In this document: one piece after another, positions 16,037-23,542 of the stretch
How the letters are laid out: every line of letters begins with the position of its first letter
Position numbering within the stretch: the stretch's first letter is position 1
Source of the DNA: a virus
Taxonomy: Duplodnaviria; Caudoviricetes
Reading direction: 5' to 3' (one strand)
Length of the DNA stretch: 46,685 bases
Virus record (IMG/VR): IMGVR_UViG_3300020045_012035
Span: 1 to 46,685 of that record
Position numbers and translations under genes: made by a program
Notes under the pieces: generated by a model
What the model saw: the letters and a program-made list of their open reading frames with translations, nothing else
Database searches by the model: none
Told to the model about the DNA's origin: nothing

Positions 16037-18058
16037 ATGGCATTAAGACAATATCAATCGGACGACAAAGCTAATATCTTAGAAGCTTTAACTCAATATA
16101 ATTCAGTACTTTATCAACTTCCTACAGGAGGAGGAAAGAGTGTTGTAATGACATCTGTTATTGAAGACTTTAAGGATAAAAATATTATCGTTTTCGCTCA
16201 TAAGAGAACATTACTTCTACAACTAAGAGATCACTTCAAAAAGATCGGAATAACTGCAGGAGTACTAGCTGGATCTTTTGAAGAGAATCTTGATAGTAGC
16301 ATCTTGATAGTATCAATTCGTACAGCTGTTAAAGATGCAAGATTAGAGAAGATTTTAGAGAAAGATTGGGATATGGCTATGATTGATGAAGCAAGAAATA
16401 GTCGTACTAAATCTTACGATAAAGTTCTTGATGCATTGAGAGAAAAACATCCAAATTACAAGTTATTTGGAGTAGATGCGACTCCATATCGTAAAGACAA
16501 GAAGCGTTTAGATAAGCACTTCCAAACACTTATCTGCAGCAATGAAACAACAGAAAGCTTAATGGCCCAAGGATTTTTACAGAGATGTAAAACAATTGTA
16601 AGTCCTATTAATATTGAAGAGTTACAGGAAGAAGTTAAAGAGAATTCAGGAGATTATCAAATGCAGTCGCTTTCCGCTTATATGAGAAAGCCAAAATATC
16701 TTGAATATATGGTTTCTCAATATGTTAAGTATGGAGAGGGACGTCAAAATCTTGTATTTGCTGTAGATATTGAACACGCAAAAGACCTTCAACAAATGTA
16801 TGAAGATAATGGATTTGAAAACCAAGTTTCTAGAGTAGATAGCACAATGAGTGAAGCTGAAATTGTAAAAGCTTTATCTGATTTTGAGCAATGTAAAATA
16901 CGACACTTGATCAATGTTGAAATGATTACAGAAGGAGTTGATTTACCGATCACAGGATGTATTACAGGAGGAAGACCGACTAAATCATTAACTTTATATC
17001 TACAGATGGGTGGTAGAGGAACACGTCTCGACGGCATGTTTGATTATTTTATTTTACTTGACTGTTGTGGTTGGACTGAAGAGTATGGAGTAATTGCTAC
17101 AAAAAAACATTGGTCATTAAATCCTGAGATTGATCCAAACGGTGCGAGATTAACTAATAAAATCTTCGGTAAACATCCAGTTACAGGAGAGTTAGTAGAA
17201 GATCTTACAGATTTTATCGGAGAAGTAATCGAAATGACTCCGGAAGAATACTTACAAAATCTTCAAGGAGGTAAAGAAAGAGCTGAACAAATCAACGTCT
17301 CTATCGACGATAAAATTAAAAATTTATTTGAAGCTATTCTTAAATTAATCATGATTATTGAAGGAATATATAAAGATTATGATGTTGAATTTGATTATGA
17401 TAACACATATATAAGGAGAGTTAAATTCTTTCATAAAAGTAGTATTGAAAGCGAATGGTCAAGAATGAGAGCTGAACTAATCTTTGATAGTAGAGGTAAA
17501 AAGCATGAAATCTACGCTCAAATGGTTGGTAGCTATGATGGTGATAAAAGATTTCAATTTTTAAAACTTACCAAATTAGTAGGAGAGTTAAACGCTAAAT
17601 TATTCAAAGACGATAAAGATACAATTACTTTCAAAAGCTTTGAATTAATTGAGCAAATATCTGATTTGAATAAATCAAAGATTAATTTAGAACAGTTTAG
17701 AAGAGCTGAGGAGGCACATAAAGAAGAGCAGTTCATCAAAACAGTTGAAGATCATACCAAATTAATTGGTCGCTTTGATTTGCCTAATAAATTAACTTGG
17801 GGCCACTTCTTTAAAGAAAGCTATAATACTCATATGAGTGGCAATATAGTAGCTATTGATATTCCTGCAAGAAAAATCAACAATCATCAAAACACTATCA
17901 TGCTTTCTATTGAAGTGTTTGATCAATGGATTACAACAAAAGAGGGAAAAAGTATTAAAGCTTACAAAATAGTAGAAACTGAGAAAAAATATATTAAAGG
18001 AGAAAAAATTATTGAAATGCTTCAATCCAGTAAATGGCAAGTTGAGGTTCAAAATTAA
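16037..18058 (+). CDS. Superfamily 2 DNA helicase (RadD/UvsW-like) with a long C-terminal extension
   Basis: Q motif LRQYQ, LPTGGGKS, MIDEAR, DATP, EGVDLP, RPTKS..LYLQMGGRGTR. Confidence 0.9.
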   Translation: MALRQYQSDDKANILEALTQYNSVLYQLPTGGGKSVVMTSVIEDFKDKNIIVFAHKRTLLLQLRDHFKKIGITAGVLAGSFEENLDSSILIVSIRTAVKDARLEKILEKDWDMAMIDEARNSRTKSYDKVLDALREKHPNYKLFGVDATPYRKDKKRLDKHFQTLICSNETTESLMAQGFLQRCKTIVSPINIEELQEEVKENSGDYQMQSLSAYMRKPKYLEYMVSQYVKYGEGRQNLVFAVDIEHAKDLQQMYEDNGFENQVSRVDSTMSEAEIVKALSDFEQCKIRHLINVEMITEGVDLPITGCITGGRPTKSLTLYLQMGGRGTRLDGMFDYFILLDCCGWTEEYGVIATKKHWSLNPEIDPNGARLTNKIFGKHPVTGELVEDLTDFIGEVIEMTPEEYLQNLQGGKERAEQINVSIDDKIKNLFEAILKLIMIIEGIYKDYDVEFDYDNTYIRRVKFFHKSSIESEWSRMRAELIFDSRGKKHEIYAQMVGSYDGDKRFQFLKLTKLVGELNAKLFKDDKDTITFKSFELIEQISDLNKSKINLEQFRRAEEAHKEEQFIKTVEDHTKLIGRFDLPNKLTWGHFFKESYNTHMSGNIVAIDIPARKINNHQNTIMLSIEVFDQWITTKEGKSIKAYKIVETEKKYIKGEKIIEMLQSSKWQVEVQN

Positions 18059-18107
18059 TAACATACAGAAATAAGTTGTATTTTTACAAAATAAATTAAT
18101 CATAATC

Positions 18108-18380
18108 ATGGCAAAATTAACATTAGAAAATAACGAATATACAGTAGAGTCTCTTGTGAAGAGAATGAAAGATATGTTCAAGCAAAAGAATAATGGAGCG
18201 TGTTTCTCTAAAGCTGATATTCACGATTGGGCCAATAAGCAGCGCCTTCCAAAACAATATGGAGGAGAATATATCAGAGTATCAAAACTCGGTCCTCTCA
18301 AAATATTAACTCTTTCTATCGAACCTTTCACTGATTATACACCACAAACTGTTAAAGTGATTAAAAATGGCTTACAATAG
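18108..18380 (+). CDS. Small hypothetical protein, possible DNA binder
   Basis: 90-aa ORF; DIHDWANKQRLP resembles an HTH recognition helix. Confidence 0.5.
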   Translation: MAKLTLENNEYTVESLVKRMKDMFKQKNNGACFSKADIHDWANKQRLPKQYGGEYIRVSKLGPLKILTLSIEPFTDYTPQTVKVIKNGLQ

Positions 18381-19071
18381 ATCACCACAGAATCCAAATA
18401 ATTTCGTAATATTCGACTTCGAAACTGGAGGAACTAATGCTAATGAAAATTCAGTAACTGAAATAGCGATCATCACTATTGACGGAGGAACGTTGAAACA
18501 AATTGAATCATATCAAGCTTTAATAGCTCCTTACGACGATTCTTTGATTTATGATCCAAGAGCTGAAAAGGTGAGTGGAATTTCAAAAGAAATGTGTGAA
18601 AGTGATGGATTACCTATTGAGCAAGTCGCTAAAGAAGTGTTAGACATCTTGATGAGAGCGAATATAAGACAAGAGAAGTCTGCGGGACTAAGACCTATTC
18701 TAGTAGGTCATAATGTTACTTTTGATATTGATTTTTTACATCATTTGTTATTTTATGGATTAGGAAAAGATTATCAAAAGCTTTTAGAGAAAGCTTTGCA
18801 CGGACGTATTGATAGATTCGGTAACTTTCAGCCTTCATATATGGATACATGGAGTATTGGAAAGTCTTGGTTTCAAGATGAAAAAGAATTGTACGACTAT
18901 AAATTAGCAACACTCACAGAAAAGCTTGGAGTCGACTTAAATAATGCGCATAGAGCAATGAACGATGTCGTATCTACAACAGAAGTGTTTAGAAGGTTTT
19001 TAACTAATCTACGAACAAGTTTTACGGCTAATTATAAAGGAAATAGAGAAGGATTTACTTTTCCAATTTAA
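18367..19071 (+). CDS. DEDDh 3'-5' exonuclease (DnaQ-like)
   Basis: ExoI FDFETGG, ExoII GHNVTFD, ExoIII AHRAMND. Confidence 0.92.
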   Translation: MAYNRSPQNPNNFVIFDFETGGTNANENSVTEIAIITIDGGTLKQIESYQALIAPYDDSLIYDPRAEKVSGISKEMCESDGLPIEQVAKEVLDILMRANIRQEKSAGLRPILVGHNVTFDIDFLHHLLFYGLGKDYQKLLEKALHGRIDRFGNFQPSYMDTWSIGKSWFQDEKELYDYKLATLTEKLGVDLNNAHRAMNDVVSTTEVFRRFLTNLRTSFTANYKGNREGFTFPI

Positions 19072-19081
19072 ATTTAAAATT

Positions 19082-19183
19082 ATGAATTTTCTAAAAAAAA
19101 TAATAAAACAATGGGAAGGATGTGATATCTGTGGGAAGTGGTGTTGGGGAAAATGTTCTCAAGGAAGTGATTTTCCTGAATAA
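19082..19183 (+). CDS. 33-aa four-Cys peptide (not in ORF track)
   Basis: MNFLKKIIKQWEGCDICGKWCWGKCSQGSDFPE*. Confidence 0.4.
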   Translation: MNFLKKIIKQWEGCDICGKWCWGKCSQGSDFPE

Positions 19184-19196
19184 TTAAAATCGAAAA

Positions 19197-19835
19197 ATGG
19201 AAAATATTTATTTAGTCGAAATTTTCTTCGATGGAGCCTGTAAAAATCAGGTGGATACAAATTGTCCAATGGGATTAGGAATAGCTGTATTCTTTGATAG
19301 TAGATATCAAGAGGATTTAAGTAGAGCTATACTCGTTGAAAATAACGAAGATGACGGAACTAGTAATTTATCTGAATGGTTAGCTTTATGTAATGCATTA
19401 CAAATTGCTGCAGATCTAAGAAAGACTTATAGTGGAAAAATTAAAATTTATGGAGATAGTAAAATCATAGTCAACCAATTCAATATGATTTGGAGGATGA
19501 ATGATACTAAATTCAGAAAATACTTCAATATAGCTCGCTCTCATAATGCTACAGCTAAAGTAGGAGAAGCAATCTGGATTCCACGAGAAAAAAACACTAA
19601 GGCTGACGAACTATCTAAAATGGGCCTAAAACAGTGTAAAGACAACAGTAAAAGATATCAAATCAAAGCAAGACACGATGAAAGCGATAGTGAATGGATC
19701 GAATTTGAAAGCAATAGTCTCACAAAAGTTGAGCAAAAAATGCACAAAATCTACGATAACGACTTACTTGGAGAAGCTACTTATCAAATGTGGGATCAAA
19801 AAAATAGAGAAGAAATCTCTTTCACTACAAAGTGA
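19197..19835 (+). CDS. rnhA: Ribonuclease HI with a C-terminal extension
   Basis: FFDGAC, TSNLSEWLAL, YGDSKII, WIPREKNTKADELS acidic catalytic residues. Confidence 0.88.
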   Translation: MENIYLVEIFFDGACKNQVDTNCPMGLGIAVFFDSRYQEDLSRAILVENNEDDGTSNLSEWLALCNALQIAADLRKTYSGKIKIYGDSKIIVNQFNMIWRMNDTKFRKYFNIARSHNATAKVGEAIWIPREKNTKADELSKMGLKQCKDNSKRYQIKARHDESDSEWIEFESNSLTKVEQKMHKIYDNDLLGEATYQMWDQKNREEISFTTK

Positions 19836-20046
19836 AGATGAAGTATATTATATCTTAAATAAACAAATTGAATATCAGACATATTCTCCTTTGATTGGTA
19901 CGGCAAATATCGTTGTTAATAAAGGAGAGTTGTTTGAGCCAGTGTTAGATATGCCAGGAAAATTCTCTAATGGGTTTACTGTATTAGATCAGCAATTGCT
20001 TGAAAAGTGTCCTTTGTTTGAAAAAGCTTATAAAATTAAAACATAA
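19831..20046 (+). CDS. Hypothetical protein with an uncertain start, possibly frameshifted
   Basis: Open frame fills the gap, but the nearby ATG (19838) is in another frame. Confidence 0.3.
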   Translation, partial: SEDEVYYILNKQIEYQTYSPLIGTANIVVNKGELFEPVLDMPGKFSNGFTVLDQQLLEKCPLFEKAYKIKT

Positions 20047-20063
20047 ATCTAAATTAATATAAT

Positions 20064-20564
20064 ATGAACACAGAAGAAAACAAAACTGAACAATCGAATA
20101 ATTATCATCATGTTGAAGGAGATATAGATCCAACTGCTCAGTCAGTGACTACAAGCACTGAAAATCACTCTCAAACAATTAAGCTTTCAGATGAAGAAGC
20201 TATTAAAGCTTATGTTAATGATCCTCAGATTAAAGCAGACCATCTACGAATTGCTAAAGAGTTAGAGCAAGTGTTCGAGAAAAGATGGTTTACAGCTGAA
20301 ATGGTTGCAAAAAAAACATTAATGAAAGATCAAGGCATGATTGCTCAAATGATGTTAGGATTGCAGTTGTTTAATTTAGTTACTGCAGCGGAAGGAGGAA
20401 TTAACTACAAGCATCAGACTAAATTCAAAATAACTATTTCTATCGAAGATCGATTGAAGGTCTTAGATCAACATAAAGAGAATCACTTGAAACAAATTGA
20501 ATTGATTGATCAAGAAAAAGAAAAACTCCTTCAAGAACAATCTGCTGGTGAAAATAATCAATAA
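20064..20564 (+). CDS. Hypothetical protein upstream of the portal gene
   Basis: 166-aa ORF. Confidence 0.6.
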   Translation: MNTEENKTEQSNNYHHVEGDIDPTAQSVTTSTENHSQTIKLSDEEAIKAYVNDPQIKADHLRIAKELEQVFEKRWFTAEMVAKKTLMKDQGMIAQMMLGLQLFNLVTAAEGGINYKHQTKFKITISIEDRLKVLDQHKENHLKQIELIDQEKEKLLQEQSAGENNQ

Positions 20565-20596
20565 TAAATGCGATATTCGCTGAAATTTTTACTGGT

Positions 20597-22300
20597 TTGA
20601 GAAGAAACAATAACAATACTAGAAAACAGCGTTTAAACATATCTAAGTCGAATGTGAATCCAGTCAATCACTTCGACTTAGATATTCTATCGCAACAATC
20701 TCAAGAACTAGAAATAGCCAAACAATTAGCTCTTGAAAAAGCCTTTACATCTAATGATATTGGGCAAATAATGAAAGCTCAAAACTATCTAAAAAAAATA
20801 GAAAAGAAGGAAGAAGTAGATTATAAGTCTATGTTAGTAGATCCTATGGATCTAAGTAGCTCTTTCGGATATAAACATAAGCCTTTCAATGTAAGTTACG
20901 AAGTTCTTAGAGCTATGAGTAGAACTCATATCGTTAAATCTATTATTGAAACAAGAAAGGAGCAAGTATCTGATTTTTGTACGCCTAGAGATAATAAAAA
21001 CGGTATAGGGTTTATTGTTCAAAAGAAAAAAGGATATCTATATAAGCCTGACGCAAAGCCGGAAAAATTAAGCAAAGGAGAAGAACAAAGAATTGAGCAA
21101 ATTATTACATTTATAATGAATTGTGGCTCGATTCAAAATCAATGGCACGCAGACGATTTTGACGACTTTACACGTAAAGTTATTGGAGATTCTTTAACAT
21201 TAGATCAAGCTACTTTTGAAGTCCCTAGAAACAAAGGAGGACAGCCTATAGAATTTTTAGCTACAGATGCTGCTACTTTTCGAATAGCTGATTCTTATGA
21301 AGATGAACAAAGTAAAACAGAGGTATTGATTAACGGATACGCTCCCTCTTATGTTCAATTATATAACGGTAACGTTATATCAGAATTCTACCCTTGGGAA
21401 ATGTGTTTTGGAACAAGAAATCCAAGCACTAACATTTATACTAACGGTTACGGTAGAAGTGAGCTTGAAGATATGATCCAAACGGTCACAGCTATTTTAA
21501 ATGCAGACACTTATAATGCAAACTTCTTTAAAGTAGGAAGTGCACCAAAAGGTATATTGAAATATACTGGAAATATCAATCCAAACACTGTTGAAGATTT
21601 CAGAAGGCAGTGGACAGCTCAAGTGTCAGGAGTGATGAATATGCATAAAATTCCAATGATTAATGCTGATAAATTAGACTTCATATCTACAGGTCAGAAT
21701 AATAAAGATATGGAATTTAGTAAGTTTCAAGAGTTTTTAATTAAAATCACCTGCGCTATATATAAGATGGATCCAGCAGAAGTTGGATTTCCAATGCAAG
21801 GAACATCAGAAGCTTCCGGACTTGGAGGTGATGGAGGAACTAAGTCTAAAATTCAACATAGTCGATCTAAAGGATTAAAACCTCTTCTTCGTAAATATGA
21901 AAAATGGATAAATAAATATATTGTAGCTCCACTAGATCCTGGATACGAATTCAAATTTGTTGGATTAGATGACGATGATGATGAAGAAGCTGAGCTCGAT
22001 AAAGATATCAAAGCTTTAAGTAATTTTATGACATTAAATGAAATTAGAGCTAAAAGAAATTTACCTGCTATTGAAAACGGAGATGTAGTTCTAAATCCAA
22101 CTTACTTACAAGCAATAGGACAAGCTCAACAAGGAAATGAAGAAAGCAATCAAGCTGTAGATAATATGAATGGTGGAGGAGATGAAGATCAAAATCCATT
22201 TATGGATAATGAAGAGGAAGAAAATCCTTTCATGAAAAGCTTACAAGACGAATTAGGAGTACTTTTAAATCAAGACTTATGGAACAACAAGAGCAATTAA
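20597..22300 (+). CDS. Portal protein
   Basis: IIETRKEQV, DSLTLDQATFE, GYGRSELE, NANFFKVGSAPKGIL, KDMEF, DPAEVGF, SKGLKPLL, TLNEIRA; TTG start is uncertain. Confidence 0.9.
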   Translation: MRRNNNNTRKQRLNISKSNVNPVNHFDLDILSQQSQELEIAKQLALEKAFTSNDIGQIMKAQNYLKKIEKKEEVDYKSMLVDPMDLSSSFGYKHKPFNVSYEVLRAMSRTHIVKSIIETRKEQVSDFCTPRDNKNGIGFIVQKKKGYLYKPDAKPEKLSKGEEQRIEQIITFIMNCGSIQNQWHADDFDDFTRKVIGDSLTLDQATFEVPRNKGGQPIEFLATDAATFRIADSYEDEQSKTEVLINGYAPSYVQLYNGNVISEFYPWEMCFGTRNPSTNIYTNGYGRSELEDMIQTVTAILNADTYNANFFKVGSAPKGILKYTGNINPNTVEDFRRQWTAQVSGVMNMHKIPMINADKLDFISTGQNNKDMEFSKFQEFLIKITCAIYKMDPAEVGFPMQGTSEASGLGGDGGTKSKIQHSRSKGLKPLLRKYEKWINKYIVAPLDPGYEFKFVGLDDDDDEEAELDKDIKALSNFMTLNEIRAKRNLPAIENGDVVLNPTYLQAIGQAQQGNEESNQAVDNMNGGGDEDQNPFMDNEEEENPFMKSLQDELGVLLNQDLWNNKSN

Positions 22301-22824
22301 CGCCACAACAACACAGAGAGCTTATTAAATCCAACATCGTTGGAAGCTATAATAATCCTGAAAAATTCATTGAGAAATCAAATAATATTGATGCTTTCAA
22401 CGAATTAATTAAAGGAGATATCTCGGGGAATTTCTCTTATCGAGAATCAATTAGTATCGTTAAGAAGGGTAAGGAGATTAAAGAAAAGCTTGAATTACTA
22501 TTAGCATTACATCTAACAGAGTTTACAACTTTACAGCAACAAATATCTCAAATTCCTATTGACTTAGGAGTTCAACCAACTGCTTCGGATACTAGTGATT
22601 GGTATGATGTTAAAGTAGCTTTCCTACCAGCTCGCTATACTTGGGAGGTTATTGATCAAGCAAACGAAGATGTTAGAGAGTCTTATAGAAATTATAATCG
22701 ATTAGTTGAAAGAATTATCGATTGTCAAGTTGAACAAAAAATGATTAACGCAATGTTAAAAAATCTTGACGATAATAAAGACTATCCTCTTTCAGTTAAA
22801 CAAATCATTGCTTTAAATCTTTAA
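22279..22824 (+). CDS. Putative internal head protein
   Basis: N-terminal LTPQQHRELIKSNIVGSYN shared with 27694 ORF; LIKS/IEKS/LIKG sites. Confidence 0.55.
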   Translation: MEQQEQLTPQQHRELIKSNIVGSYNNPEKFIEKSNNIDAFNELIKGDISGNFSYRESISIVKKGKEIKEKLELLLALHLTEFTTLQQQISQIPIDLGVQPTASDTSDWYDVKVAFLPARYTWEVIDQANEDVRESYRNYNRLVERIIDCQVEQKMINAMLKNLDDNKDYPLSVKQIIALNL

Positions 22825-22827
22825 AAT

Positions 22828-23541
22828 ATGAAAACATTCTTCCAACAAAATTGGAAAGGCATAATGATAATAGGATTAGTAATTGCACTAATCCTTTTAT
22901 TATTTCCTAACCTAACAGCGATTAAAAAACAAGCTGCGCAACAAACTAAAACTGTAATTGATAAAAAGATCGATTTATCTGACGTGCAACAATGGAAAGA
23001 TAAATTCAATACACTTCATTTGAAATTAGAGAAGATTCAAGTAGAAAAAGAAGTTTTACAAGTCTATTCTGATAGCATAGCTAAAGTATTAAAGATTAAA
23101 TCTAAGAATATTCAATCTATTACTCAAATCAAGAGTGGAATATCTATTGATCAAAAACTTGATGTGCAAAATTTAACTTTTACTAACAACTTAGGTAGTC
23201 AAGTAATTAATTACACCTCATTTTCTTATAGTGATAAATGGATTAATATAAAAGGAGATACTGGAAAGACAGATAGTATTCACGTTAAAGGAACTGATAC
23301 TTTAACTAAGATTGATTACACTAAGCGTAAATGGCTTTTCGGTAAAAAACATTACTATAGTGATTTCAGTAATAAAAATCCTCACATTATTATTGAAGGA
23401 TTGAAGCAAGTCGAAGTTAAACCTACTATAAATAGATGGGGTATTGGACCTTCTATTGGAGTGAGTGCACGTTTAGGTGATAAGTTGGAAATTGCTCCCA
23501 TTATTGGAATATCTTTACAATATAATTTTATTACTTTCTAA
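22828..23541 (+). CDS. Membrane-anchored coiled-coil protein with a C-terminal beta-hairpin (spanin-like candidate)
   Basis: N-terminal TM helix, coiled coil, ends RWGIGPSIGV...PIIGISLQYNFITF. Confidence 0.5.
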   Translation: MKTFFQQNWKGIMIIGLVIALILLLFPNLTAIKKQAAQQTKTVIDKKIDLSDVQQWKDKFNTLHLKLEKIQVEKEVLQVYSDSIAKVLKIKSKNIQSITQIKSGISIDQKLDVQNLTFTNNLGSQVINYTSFSYSDKWINIKGDTGKTDSIHVKGTDTLTKIDYTKRKWLFGKKHYYSDFSNKNPHIIIEGLKQVEVKPTINRWGIGPSIGVSARLGDKLEIAPIIGISLQYNFITF

Positions 23542-23542
23542 T

